64,000 bases of DNA. Origin: Dehalococcoidia bacterium (GTDB lineage Bacteria > Chloroflexota > Dehalococcoidia > UBA2979). Within the stretch, counting starts at the first letter, position 1. Each line of letters opens with the position of its first letter. The notes under the pieces were generated by a model. The model did not search any database and was not told the DNA's origin. It was given only the letters and a program-made list of their open reading frames with translations. A program made the position numbers and the translations under genes. Below are positions 20,325 through 30,506 of this stretch, one piece after another. The DNA is taken from NCBI GenBank assembly GCA_046328255.1, contig JAXLWY010000003.1, positions 64,398 through 128,397 of the forward strand, in the 5' to 3' direction.

Positions 20325-20939
20325 ATGCCGGCCAACGAGTACCACTTCACTACGCACTGGTACGCGCTCAACTCCACCCTCGACGAGGTGTCCGCCGTCC
20401 TCGCCGACGCGGCCGACCTGCCTCGATGGTGGCCGTCGGTCTACCTCCAGACGTGCGTGACGAAACCGGGCGACGCGCGCGGCGTCGGTCGTGAGGTGGA
20501 GCTCTACACGAAAGGCTGGCTGCCCTACACGCTGCGCTGGACGTTCCGCCTCACCGAGAACAACGCCCCTCGAGGGATGGCCGTGGACGCCTGGGGTGAC
20601 TTCGTGGGGCGCGGCGTCTGGATCTTCGAGCAGGCGGGTCCCGACGTGCACATCGTGTACGACTGGCGCGTCCGTGCCGAGAAGCCGCTGCTGAGGTTCC
20701 TGTCTCCGCTCCTCAAGCCCGTGTTCGCCGCGAACCACCGCTGGGCGATGGCGCGCGGCGAGGAGTCGTTGCGCCTCGAGCTGCAGCGTCGACGTGCCAC
20801 CTCCGAGGCGGCGCGCGCTCTGATCAAGGCGCCCCCCGGCCCCACCCCTCGGATGCCGTGGGTCGTACTGCCCGCGCTCGCCGTGGCCCTCCTCGGCGCG
20901 CTCGGCCTGCGACGGACGCTGCGAGGTCGGGACGCCTAG
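20325..20939 (+). CDS. SRPBCC (START/polyketide-cyclase-like) domain protein.
   Basis: 204 aa. CCAGGAGGG ribosome-binding site. Confidence 0.6.
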   Translation: MPANEYHFTTHWYALNSTLDEVSAVLADAADLPRWWPSVYLQTCVTKPGDARGVGREVELYTKGWLPYTLRWTFRLTENNAPRGMAVDAWGDFVGRGVWIFEQAGPDVHIVYDWRVRAEKPLLRFLSPLLKPVFAANHRWAMARGEESLRLELQRRRATSEAARALIKAPPGPTPRMPWVVLPALAVALLGALGLRRTLRGRDA

Positions 20940-21319
20940 CAGGCCACCACGCGCATGCGCCGTCCGGCGGCCTCGACGAGACGCGCGATGTCGGCGGGAC
21001 CGCTGGTGAGGATGATGTCGCCATGCTCGGCGAGGCTGACGACGGTGGCGTCGATGGCGTCGCTGGTCCCGGCGCGGCCGAGGAGGACTCCCGCCCGACG
21101 ACCGAGAGCTTCATCGACGGGCACGACATCGATGCCCGCGATCGCCCTCGCCAGGCGTGCCTGCCGCCCCCTCGGGTCGCGCCACACCTGTGCGAGCACT
21201 ATCGCCGGCGTCCGCAGCACCAGACCGTCGGTGAGTGCGATTCGCAGTCTCTCGGCTACGCCCAGGTCAGCGCGCTCCACCGCGATGAGCGCGCCGGCGT
21301 CGAGGACGATCGCGGCCAC
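20936..21319 (-). CDS. vapC: PIN-domain toxin (VapC-like).
   Basis: 127 aa. GTG start 3 nt after the antitoxin TAA. Conserved acidic PIN residues (D7, E..., D...). Confidence 0.7.
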   Translation of the reverse strand: MAAIVLDAGALIAVERADLGVAERLRIALTDGLVLRTPAIVLAQVWRDPRGRQARLARAIAGIDVVPVDEALGRRAGVLLGRAGTSDAIDATVVSLAEHGDIILTSGPADIARLVEAAGRRMRVVAC

Positions 21320-21322
21320 GGA

Positions 21323-21578
21323 TTAGCCAGCAGCGTCGGCGGAGGAAGGCGCCTCCGTGAGGCCGAGGTCGATCTGGCCTGCTCCAGCCCCTCCTCGGTG
21401 AAGGGGCCGAACTCCTGCTCGTACTCGTCGAGGAAGCGGCGAAGGGCCTCGAGCGCAGGCGCGGGCGTACAGCCTCGGCGATCCACGCCGACACCGAGAC
21501 GTCGGCCTTCTTCGCGGCCTCGCGGATCTCGGCGGCGAGGGCGGCGTCGAGGGAGATCGAGAGCTTGGCGACCTTCAT
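21323..21578 (-). CDS. vapB: RHH/CopG-type antitoxin (VapB-like), frameshifted.
   Basis: MKVAKLSISLDAALAAEIREAAKKADVSVSAWIAEAV is a ribbon-helix-helix N-terminus. The continuation ALEALRRFLDEYEQEFGPFTEEGLEQA is in a second frame and the terminal GQIDLGLTEAPSSADAAG* in a third. Confidence 0.55.
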
Positions 21579-21587
21579 GGCCGAATA

Positions 21588-22614
21588 CTACCACGGTAGG
21601 AACGGAGCACGGTAGGAACGAGGCAGGACGCTACCCTTGGCCCGCCCCGCCGCCTCGAAGGTCCGGCGGATGGAGCCCGCCTGCATCGCATCGACGTCCG
21701 CCTGGCTGGCGCCGTGCGCGAGGAGCCACGGCAGCTCGATGGTGCTGACCGCCGTCCAGCAGTCGGGGTTCTCCGGGACATTCGAGGTGAACCGGTAGTA
21801 CGGCGACGCGTCGTGCCCGAGCGAGGTCTGGCCCGCGAACCCCGCCTTCGCCAGCTCGAGGGCGATCTGCGCCCGGCGCGCGATCTCCTCGTCACCCCTC
21901 GCAGCGCTGAAGCGGTCGAGTCGATGTTGAACCCGCGTCGCGCAATGCCGAGCACGTAGTCGAGGTTCCTCGAGTCGTTGGTGTGGCCGATCGTGACCAT
22001 CGCCGGGTCGACGCCCTCGTCGGCGAAGAGGTCCATCAGTGGCGTGCCCAGCTCGTCCGCCGCGTTCGTGTGGCACGAGATGGGGACGCCGCCCTGCTCG
22101 CGCGCGCGCGCGGCGCGCGCGGGCGGTCCGCTCGAGGCCGGCGCGCGCCATGCCCTCGCCCGCCGGGCCTTCCGCGGTCAGCCGGTACTCGAAGTCCCAC
22201 GCGAGCTTGATGATCCCCGCGCGGATGCCGGTTCCGTCGATGCCGTGCTCGATGTCGTGGAGGAAGATGCTCGCCACCTCGTCGATGTCGCGGCGGAAGA
22301 GGTAGAACGGCACCCAGCGGTAGACGCCCGTCGCGCACACGATGTGCACGCCCGTGTCCGCCTCGGCGACGCGCTGGAACAGCGGCGCCTGTCGACCGAG
22401 GTCGAGCGGGGTGAGGTCGATCATCGAGTCGACCCCCGCCGCCTTCGCGCGCCGGAGCGCCTCGATATTGCGTCGGACCGCCTCGTCGAGGTCGTAGATG
22501 AGGCGGCATGACGCGCTCCATCGCCGCCGCGCCGCCGGTGAGGTGCTCGTGCGAGAGCGTGCGGCCCAGCTCGGAGCTGTCGACTTGCCCTCGGATGGTG
22601 TTGACGGTGGACAT
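21588..22614 (-). pseudogene. Phosphotriesterase-family (PTE/PHP-homology) hydrolase with at least three frameshifts.
   Basis: GAGGAAGGA ribosome-binding site before ATG 22614. N-terminus MSTVNTIRGQVDSSELGRTLSHEHL (HxH metal site). Later segments sit in other frames: LIYDLDEAVRRNIEALRRAKAAGVDSMIDLTPLD...GVHIVCATGVY...GIRAGIIKLA, then MDLFADEGVDPAMVTIGHTNDS... Confidence 0.6.
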
Positions 22615-22779
22615 CGAGGCAGGTCCTTCCTCGGAGAGCGTCGCGGGTGCGCGCGATTCTAGGCGCAAAGCCCGCATCGGGGTTCGCATGGTCCGAACCC
22701 GTCGCGCGCGAGGTATCCTGCGGCCCACTCGGAGGACGACGTCCGTCTCCTCGATGGAAACAGTGGCGGGGGAATCGCG

Positions 22780-23847
22780 ATGCCGACGACGACACGGGCG
22801 GCGGTGATGGTCGAGTACGGGGCGCCGCTCGCCATCGAGGAGATCGAGCTGCCGGACCCCGGCCCCGATGACGTGCTCGTGCAGCTCTACGCCTCGGGCA
22901 TCTGCCACAGTCAGTTGCACCAGATTCACAATCCCCGCCATCCGAGGCCCGCGCTGCTGGGTCACGAGGCGACCGGCGTGGTCCTCGCCACCGGGCGCGA
23001 GGTCACGCACGTCCGCGAGGGGGACCGCGTCATGGTGCCGTTCGTGCCTCGCGATCTGCCCGAGCATCTCACGACGCCCGCACGCGCGAAGTACTCGTTC
23101 CACGGCGACGAGTTGCTGACCGGCGTCTACACCTGGGCCGAGCACGCGCTCCTCAACGAGCAGATGGTGGTCCCCCTCCCCGATGACGTGCCGACCGACG
23201 TGACCGCGATCGTCGGTTGCGCCGTGATCACCGGCGTCGGGGCGGTGATCCACACGGCGCAGGTCCGCGAGGGGCAGTCGGTGGCCGTGTTCGGCGTCGG
23301 CGGCGTGGGTACGAACATCCTCGCGGGCGCGAAGATCGCGGGCGCCTACCCGATCATCGTCGTCGACCTGCAGGAGGCCAAGCTCGGCTACGCGCGAGAG
23401 ATGGGCGCGACGCACGTCGTCAACGCCTCGGACGTGGACCCCGTCGAGGCGATCCGCGACCTCACCGGCGGCGGCGTCGACTTCGCCTTCGACGGCATCG
23501 GCGTGCCTCGGGTGACCGCGCAGATCGTCGAGGCGCTGAAGCCCGGCGTGCTCGGCGTGCGTCGAGGCGGGACCGCAGTCAGCGTCGGCATCGGCCAGGG
23601 TCCGATCGAAATCCCGCGCGGCCTGTTCCCGATGGGTGAGCGCTCGCTGATCGGCTCGATGGGCGGCTCCGCCCGCCCTGCCGAGGTGATGCCGCAGTAC
23701 ATCGAGTGGTTCCGAGAGGGGAAGCTCCCCCTCGAGCGCATGATCTCGAAGCGCTACGACGGGCTGGACCACATCAACGAGGGTGTGCGCGCCCTCGAGT
23801 CGGGCGAGATCGAGGGCCGCTCGATCATGGTCTACGCCACGCCGTAG
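22780..23847 (+). CDS. Zn-dependent alcohol dehydrogenase (MDR family).
   Basis: 355 aa. GHEATGVV catalytic-Zn region and GVGGVG NAD-binding motif. Confidence 0.85.
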   Translation: MPTTTRAAVMVEYGAPLAIEEIELPDPGPDDVLVQLYASGICHSQLHQIHNPRHPRPALLGHEATGVVLATGREVTHVREGDRVMVPFVPRDLPEHLTTPARAKYSFHGDELLTGVYTWAEHALLNEQMVVPLPDDVPTDVTAIVGCAVITGVGAVIHTAQVREGQSVAVFGVGGVGTNILAGAKIAGAYPIIVVDLQEAKLGYAREMGATHVVNASDVDPVEAIRDLTGGGVDFAFDGIGVPRVTAQIVEALKPGVLGVRRGGTAVSVGIGQGPIEIPRGLFPMGERSLIGSMGGSARPAEVMPQYIEWFREGKLPLERMISKRYDGLDHINEGVRALESGEIEGRSIMVYATP

Positions 23848-23869
23848 GGCGACGGTGGGCGAGCGCGCC

Positions 23870-25027
23870 TTACTCCGCGTCCCAGCCCTCGAGGACCGCG
23901 AGGCAGGCGCGAGCAGCGGCGGCGACTGCCTCGGCGTCACACGCGAGCTCGAACGTGTCGTTGGGCGAGTGGAAGTACTCGTTCACGCCGCGCACCGAGA
24001 GGTAGCGACCGCCGGCACGTCCGATGTTCTGCGCCTCGCCACCGCGCGCCTCGGTCACCTCGAAACGGGCGCCCGCGGCCTCGAACGCGCCGCGCGCGGC
24101 CTCGAGGATGGCTTCCGCGGGCGATTCGATGCGCGTCGGTCCCGTGGCCGTGCCGATGTTCGCCCCGAGGTGCAGCCACGCGAGCGCTTTTGAGGCCACG
24201 CCGCTGTGTGCGTTGAGGTACGCCTCCATGCCCCGGAAGTTGAGCTCGTGCCCCGACGTCGCGACCAGCTCGATGGTGCGCCGGTGCGGGCGTCCCGCGA
24301 ACGCCTCCGCCAGCGCGAGGAGGGTCGCGATGCCGCCCCCCCGTTCCGAGGCGCAGGTGAACCAGCCGGAGCGAGGCGTGGTGAGGCCGATCGGCGGGGC
24401 ATCGAGGTCGGTGCCGGGCAGCGTCGCGACCACGTTGCGCGCCCGCGACTGGAGTCGGTCGCCGTCCACCTCGAGGGTGACCTCGGCGTGCATCAGCAGG
24501 CTGCTCGCCAGGCGGCGCGCCTCGCGGGTCCCGATTTGCAGTACCGGAAGCTGGCGTGGCTCGGACAACCGCGTTGCGTTGAGGACCTTCATCGCGCCCC
24601 GGGGGTCCGCCGTCACGATCACCAGCCCGACCGCGCCCTGTTCCTCGAGGTCCTCGATTGAGCGGCCGGCGCGCTCCTGCGAGAAGGCGAGGTCGTTCTC
24701 GGTGGTGAGGACGATGTTGCCGAAGGGGTCGCCGCTGCCGAGCTCGACCAGCTCGCCCGTCGTGCCGCCGCCGGGCGTCGTGAAGCCGGCGTCGTAGAGG
24801 GGAACGCCATCGATGGAGCCATCCGGGGTTACGAGACGGGTGCGGCGGTACTCGACGAGCGGGAACGGGAAGCGCTCAAGAGTCGACGTAACACCAGAGA
24901 CATGGAGGACCTCCTGCATCCACGTCGCCGAGCGATCGTCTCCAGTGGACCCGGTGCGATGGATGCCGAACGCCTCGTAGGCCCGGATGCGGTCGGCGAT
25001 AACGGCGGGAGAGAAGCCATCGGTCAT
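23870..25027 (-). CDS. M28-family Zn peptidase-like protein.
   Basis: Start taken at MTDGFSPAV. Zn-ligand-like motifs ATSGHE and HSPNDT. Confidence 0.55.
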   Translation of the reverse strand: MTDGFSPAVIADRIRAYEAFGIHRTGSTGDDRSATWMQEVLHVSGVTSTLERFPFPLVEYRRTRLVTPDGSIDGVPLYDAGFTTPGGGTTGELVELGSGDPFGNIVLTTENDLAFSQERAGRSIEDLEEQGAVGLVIVTADPRGAMKVLNATRLSEPRQLPVLQIGTREARRLASSLLMHAEVTLEVDGDRLQSRARNVVATLPGTDLDAPPIGLTTPRSGWFTCASERGGGIATLLALAEAFAGRPHRRTIELVATSGHELNFRGMEAYLNAHSGVASKALAWLHLGANIGTATGPTRIESPAEAILEAARGAFEAAGARFEVTEARGGEAQNIGRAGGRYLSVRGVNEYFHSPNDTFELACDAEAVAAAARACLAVLEGWDAE

Positions 25028-25157
25028 GCGGCCCCCGTGGAACGCGCGCCCGCCCGCCGAGCGGCGGCACGCGGACATCTCGTGACGCCGCGTGACACGA
25101 CGGCCAGCGTGCAAGGAAAGTGGCCGCTAGCATAGTCGCCCTGGGGACCCCGAGCGC

Positions 25158-26867
25158 ATGAGGCGCTCGACGCATCGCAGGAGGCCGCCGATCTTCGAGC
25201 CGCAGCCCAAGCACGTCATCTGGACGCGTCGGGCGCTGTTGCTCGCGCTCATTGCCTGCTCGTCGCTGGCGATTGGCGGCAGCCGGGCGCTCGCGGACGG
25301 CCCCTCGAGATTGCGCCCCGGCGAGATCTATTACGACGACGCCCCCGTCGCCCGAACCGGCCTCGCGAGGTGGGCGGCAGACTCCTTCATCCAGCCGCTG
25401 GTGCGCTACATCACCGACTGTGACGGCGCGGGTTCGACGCCCGACTGTGGAGGACCACCGGCCCGCTGGCGCTCGAGCGCGGTGCCGGTGCGCGTGTGCT
25501 CGGCGCAGAGTGCACGGCCGTCGGGGGTCACCTCCGATGAGTTCCGCGACGCGGTGTCGCGCGCGGCAGCCACCTGGAACGCCCAGGAATTCGCGGCAGG
25601 CATCGTGTACTCGGGCGATTGCGCCGGAGGCGACGCCTGGGTTTTCAACAATCAACAGAACGAGGTGGGCTGGGACGACGCACGACGGGTGCTGGCGCCC
25701 TCGCAGGCCGCTGTCACGCGCTCGACGCTGCCGATCGTCGGTGGTGCCCGCGAGATCCGCGAGGCGGACGTGGTGCTCGACCCCAACCTCGCGAGGGTGC
25801 CGCGCGCCTGCCTCGAGTCGACGATCGCCCACGAGTTCGGCCACCTGCTCGGGCTGGGTCACAGCGACGACCGTGCCGACCTGATGTACCCGTCGTTCGA
25901 CCCGAGTGCAGCCTCCGGATGCAAGCTCGCACCCAGCGCTTCGGAGCGCGATCGGATGCAGGGGCTGTACGGCATCAATCGTGCGCCCACCATCTCGATT
26001 CCCGGTGGCGGCGCGATCGAGCCGGGCGCGGTCGCCATCGCCACGGCGGCTGCCACGGATCCCGAGGGCGCCCCGCTAACCTTCGAGTGGCAGCAGCTCG
26101 CGGGGCCATCCGTGAGCGTCATCTCCGAGGGCGCCACGGCGCGATTCGCTGCCCCGTCCACCCTCGGGACGATGGTCACGTTACGCGCGACGGCGTTCGA
26201 CAACTACCGGCACGCCGCCAGTGCGCAGATCGTGTTCGTGGTTGGTGCCGCGGGGGCCGTGCCCGCGATCGCCCCGGGGCTGGAAGCGTTCAAGCTCGGG
26301 CTCGATGGCAACGCGGAGCTCGGGTGGAGCGAGTCCTCGGGCGCCGCGAGCTACGAACTCTGCTCGCGCCCGGCCTGGCTCGATGTGCCGTTCGAGTGCG
26401 TCCCGGTCACCACACCGACGGCGGGCGTCAGCTGGGACACGGTGCTCGGGGCGAGCGGGCGCTCCGACGACCGCCGTCTGTTCACCCTCGCCGAGCGCGA
26501 GACCTACCTGCGAGCATGCAACGCGCAGGGTTGCTCGGGCCCGGGCACCGGCGGCCTGACAGGCGGTCTGCGCTGGCCGACGTGGAACATCGACTACGAC
26601 TACCTGGCATTCGCCTACGACGTGGGGAACCTGCAGTTCACGATCGCGGGCGTGGTGAACGTGACGGGTGAGGCGCGCAGCTTCACGATGGCCACCGGCC
26701 CCGCCTCGGACCCTACGCAGATACGACTGACAGCATGCGGTCGCGTGCCGTCCGGAGGGGTGTGCTTCGGCTTCCTCGGGCCCGGCGCGCGACACGGCGA
26801 CTACGTCGACATCGTGAGCGAGGCGCCGGACAAGCCAACTACCGAGCACCGGATCCGGATCCGGTAG
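25158..26867 (+). CDS. Secreted/lipoprotein matrixin-like metzincin (peptidase M10-like) with a large C-terminal extension.
   Basis: Signal peptide with LIAC lipobox. HEFGHLLGLGHSDD is the HExxHxxGxxH metzincin Zn site. About 300 aa of Cys-containing C-terminal domains follow. Confidence 0.75.
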   Translation: MRRSTHRRRPPIFEPQPKHVIWTRRALLLALIACSSLAIGGSRALADGPSRLRPGEIYYDDAPVARTGLARWAADSFIQPLVRYITDCDGAGSTPDCGGPPARWRSSAVPVRVCSAQSARPSGVTSDEFRDAVSRAAATWNAQEFAAGIVYSGDCAGGDAWVFNNQQNEVGWDDARRVLAPSQAAVTRSTLPIVGGAREIREADVVLDPNLARVPRACLESTIAHEFGHLLGLGHSDDRADLMYPSFDPSAASGCKLAPSASERDRMQGLYGINRAPTISIPGGGAIEPGAVAIATAAATDPEGAPLTFEWQQLAGPSVSVISEGATARFAAPSTLGTMVTLRATAFDNYRHAASAQIVFVVGAAGAVPAIAPGLEAFKLGLDGNAELGWSESSGAASYELCSRPAWLDVPFECVPVTTPTAGVSWDTVLGASGRSDDRRLFTLAERETYLRACNAQGCSGPGTGGLTGGLRWPTWNIDYDYLAFAYDVGNLQFTIAGVVNVTGEARSFTMATGPASDPTQIRLTACGRVPSGGVCFGFLGPGARHGDYVDIVSEAPDKPTTEHRIRIR

Positions 26868-26916
26868 TCACGGTCTCGAGGAGGGCCGCGAGGCGCCTCC
26901 GCGCGATCAGCAGCGA

Positions 26917-27102
26917 TCAGCGCTTGCCGGCTGCCACCCTGTACGGGTTCGTGATGCGGGCGGCGCGCTCCTTGTCCTCGGGACAGACGACGCCACGGTC
27001 GCCGAACTTGACCGCGCCCTTGATCACGTAGGTGCCGCAGATCGCGCACTTGCCCTCGAGGAGTCCGCTGTCACCGATCTTGTACGTACCCATCACGGAC
27101 AT
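26917..27102 (-). CDS. Small Zn-ribbon-like hypothetical protein (~60 aa).
   Basis: MSVMGTYKIGDSGLLEGKCAICGTYVIKGAVKFGDRGVVCPEDKERAARITNPY. GGAAGGA ribosome-binding site. The longer ORF-track start has a non-protein-like N-terminus. Confidence 0.5.
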   Translation of the reverse strand: MSVMGTYKIGDSGLLEGKCAICGTYVIKGAVKFGDRGVVCPEDKERAARITNPYRVAAGKR

Positions 27103-27253
27103 CCTTCCGAGTCGTAACCGTTGCCGCGTGGGCCCTCGATGAGGCTCCGCGCGCGCCGTCTGCTGCCCCATATACTAGCCCCGCGACTCGAGAGGTTCGA
27201 GCCGGAACCGCACGAACAGGGGCCGGAATGGTCTCGCCCTCACGGCGGCGCGG

Positions 27254-28615
27254 GTGTGCCGGGAGTCTGCTCCCGTGACCGCTCCCGCCGATGTCGCTCT
27301 CGAGGCGGCCCTCGAGGAAGTCACGAGGACCCCCGCGGACGCGTTCCGAGGTGTGCCCCTCCCCGAGACATTCGACGCCAGACGCCTCTTCAGCGGATCC
27401 GCCGCGCGCGAGATCGTCGCGAGCTACGAACGCCCGCACCTCGGTGTGGCGCTGATCGGGGTGGGCGAAGCCGGGCGCATGGCCTTGGAGCGAGGCGCCG
27501 GCATCGAGGACGCGCGCTCAGGCGCGGCTGTGCTGCTCGGCGCGCCGCTCACGTCGGGGCCCAACGAGCTGCGTCCGCGTCTGCTCGGTGGGTTCGCGTT
27601 CGATGGCGAAGGCGAGCGGCACGCGCCATGGGAGGACTACGGCAGCGGTTCGCTCGTGCTGCCCCGCATGCTCTTTGTCCGTGAAGGCACGATGCGCGGT
27701 GTCGTGCTGGCGCCGGGCGTCAGCGCCGACGAGCTGGCGACGTGCCTCGGTGGCGAGAGCGAGGAGGACCTGCGCGCGACGCTCCCACCGAGGAGGATCC
27801 GCGGCATCGATCGCGACGCGTGGCTTGCCGGCGTGCGCTCGATCGTGAGCCAGGTCCGCGAGGGCGCCATCGACAAGGCAGTGCTGGCGACCACCCAGGA
27901 GTTGCTGGCCGCAGCCCCCTTCGATGTCGGCCGCGTGCTCTCGAAGCTGCGCGCGCTCTATCCCGAGTGCCACGTGTTCTCAATCCGCGCCGGCAACTCG
28001 ACCTTTCTCGGCGCGAGCCCGGAGCTGCTCGTGAGCCTCCGCGACGGCCTCGCCAGTGCGCTCGGCCTCGCAGGATCAGCGCGCCGAGGCGACACGCCGG
28101 ACGAGGACGAGCGCCTCGGGCGCGGCCTTCTCTCCAGCGCGAAGGACCGCCGCGAGCACGCGACCACCGTCGACGCGATCCGCGAGGCGTTGAGCGGCGT
28201 GACGGAGCAGTTGCTCGCCCCTGATCAGCCGCAACTGCGCCGTCTGCGCAACATCCAACACCTCGCCACCGAGATCGCGGGGCGCGCGCTGCCCGGCGTC
28301 GACGTGCTCGAGCTCGTGCGACGCCTCCACCCGACGCCCGCGGTCTGCGGCTGGCCTCGCGAGGCGGCGCGTCGCGCCATCGCCGCGATCGAGCGCTTCG
28401 ACCGCGGCTGGTATGCCGGTCCCGTCGGCTGGCTCGACGGGCGCGGCGAGGGCGAGTTCGCCGTCGCCCTGCGTTCCGCCCTCGTGCGACTCGATCACGC
28501 GTGGCTCTTTGCCGGAAGCGGGATCATGGGCGACTCCGTGCCGGAAGCGGAGCTGGCCGAGGTGCAGCTGAAGTTTCGGCCGCTCACCGAGGCACTCGGC
28601 GGCACCTCGATCTAG
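27254..28615 (+). CDS. menF: Isochorismate synthase.
   Basis: 453 aa. Chorismate-binding-enzyme C-terminal domain. First gene of the men cluster. Confidence 0.8.
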   Translation: MCRESAPVTAPADVALEAALEEVTRTPADAFRGVPLPETFDARRLFSGSAAREIVASYERPHLGVALIGVGEAGRMALERGAGIEDARSGAAVLLGAPLTSGPNELRPRLLGGFAFDGEGERHAPWEDYGSGSLVLPRMLFVREGTMRGVVLAPGVSADELATCLGGESEEDLRATLPPRRIRGIDRDAWLAGVRSIVSQVREGAIDKAVLATTQELLAAAPFDVGRVLSKLRALYPECHVFSIRAGNSTFLGASPELLVSLRDGLASALGLAGSARRGDTPDEDERLGRGLLSSAKDRREHATTVDAIREALSGVTEQLLAPDQPQLRRLRNIQHLATEIAGRALPGVDVLELVRRLHPTPAVCGWPREAARRAIAAIERFDRGWYAGPVGWLDGRGEGEFAVALRSALVRLDHAWLFAGSGIMGDSVPEAELAEVQLKFRPLTEALGGTSI

Positions 28616-28666
28616 GCGCTCCGCGTTCGTGGCTGGCGAGCGAATCCAGCCCCTACACTGGAGCCC

Positions 28667-30506
28667 GTGCCCGATCCGAGTGCGAACCCCCTCGCGAACC
28701 CGCAGTACCCCTCGGCGCTTCCCCCCGGCGCGGGCGAGCGGTACGTGCGCGCCTTCACCGATCAGCTTCTCGCGAGCGGCGTGCACCACGTCGTGGTCTG
28801 CCCCGGCTCGAGGTCCACACCGCTGACGCTGGTGTTCGCACGGGACACCCGCTGGCGCGCATGGCTGCACATCGATGAGCGCTCAGCCGGCTACTTCGCG
28901 CTCGGCCTCGCGAGGCAACTCGGGGAGCCAGTCGCGCTGGTGTGCTCCTCGGGCACCGCGGCCGCGAACTTCCTTCCCGCGGTCGTCGAGGCGTCGCTGT
29001 CTCGCGTGCCGCTGCTCGTCCTGACGGCCGATCGCCCTCCCGAGCTGCGGGACGTCGGCGCGCCCCAGACCATCGACCAGGTGCGCATGTTCGGCAGCCA
29101 CGCGCGCTGGGCCATCGATATGACGCCCGCCGACGGCAGCGCCTCGCTGGAGCGCGCGGCTCGAGGGGTGGCGGCGCGCGCGACCGCCACATCGCTCGCC
29201 GCACCGCCTGGGCCCGTGCACGTGAACTTCCCCTTCCGCGAGCCGCTCGTCGAACGATCCCTCGCCGAACCCCGGCCACCAGCAGGACGCGCGATTGCGG
29301 TCACGCGGTCGGTAGTCGAGCCTGCCGCCGAGGCAGTGCGCGCTCGTCGACTCGGCGCGCGGGCGGCAGGATTGGTCGATCGCGGGTCCCGAGGCGGGCG
29401 GCCTCCCCGCCGCCGAGGTCGCCGCCGTGGCTCGCGCCTTCGGATGGCCCCTGCTCGCCGATCCTCTCTCGGGCTTGCGCGCCGGCACGCACGACCTTGA
29501 TGGCGTGATCGAGACCTACGACGTCCTGACACGATCGGCGGGGTTCATCGCCAACCGCACGCCCGAGGTCACGCTGCGCTTCGGCGCGGCGCCGACCTCG
29601 AAGTCACTCAACGTCTGGCTCGGCGCTCATCCGGAGATCGATTCGTGGATCGTGGATGCCGAGGGCCAGTGGCGAGAACCAGACGCGACGGTCTCCACGA
29701 TGCTGCGCGGCGACGCGAGCGCGGTGTGCCGGGCGCTCCTCGGGACGCTTGCGCCCGGCGACCGAGCGGCCTCGGACTGGCTCGAGGGGTGGCGCGCTGC
29801 CAACGCGGTGGTGGCGTCGGTGCTTCGCGACGCGATGGACGCTCTCGATGAGCCATTCGAGGGGCGCACGCCGCTCGAGCTGGCGGCCGCGCTCGGGTCC
29901 GTGCCGGGCGCCACGCTGGTCGTCGGCAACTCGATGCCCGTGCGCGACGTCGACACGTTCTTTCCTCGACTGGCGAGCGCGCTCCGCATCGAGGGTACGC
30001 GAGGCGCCTCCGGCATCGACGGCGTCATCTCGACGGCGGTCGGCGCGGCTGCCGCCGCTGCCGGACCTGTCGTGCTGCTCATCGGCGACCTGTCGTTCCT
30101 GCACGACCTCAACGGGCTCTGGGCGGTCAACCGACACCGCCTCGACCTGACGGTGTTACTGGTCAACAACGACGGCGGCGGCATCTTCCACTTCCTGCCG
30201 CAGGCGGAGCTCGCGCCCGACGCCTTCGAGGAATGGTGGGGCACGCCGCACGGCCTCGACCTCGCGCAGGCCACCGCGCTGCACGGCGGTAACCACGTCC
30301 GCCTCGAGGGCGCGCGCGGCTGGGCCTCCGAACTCACCGCGGCGCTGGCGCGTCCCGGCCTGCAGGTGCTCGAATTGCGCACCGAGCGCGTACGCAACGT
30401 CGAGCTGCATCGCGAGGTGATCGGACGCGCCACGCGCGCCCTCGAAGTGGCGCTGGAATCGAAGAATGCGACGGCGGAAACCGCGCCGATGGAGGCACAG
30501 CCATGA
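28667..30506 (+). CDS. menD: SEPHCHC synthase (2-succinyl-5-enolpyruvyl-6-hydroxy-3-cyclohexene-1-carboxylate synthase), with one frameshift near 29378.
   Basis: ThDP-enzyme N-terminal domain in the 28667 frame, up to ...AAGLV. It continues as IAGPEAGGLPAAEVAAVARAFGWPLLADPLSG... in the 29427 frame to 30506. A 1-nt indel in gtcGatcgc explains the break. Confidence 0.8.
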
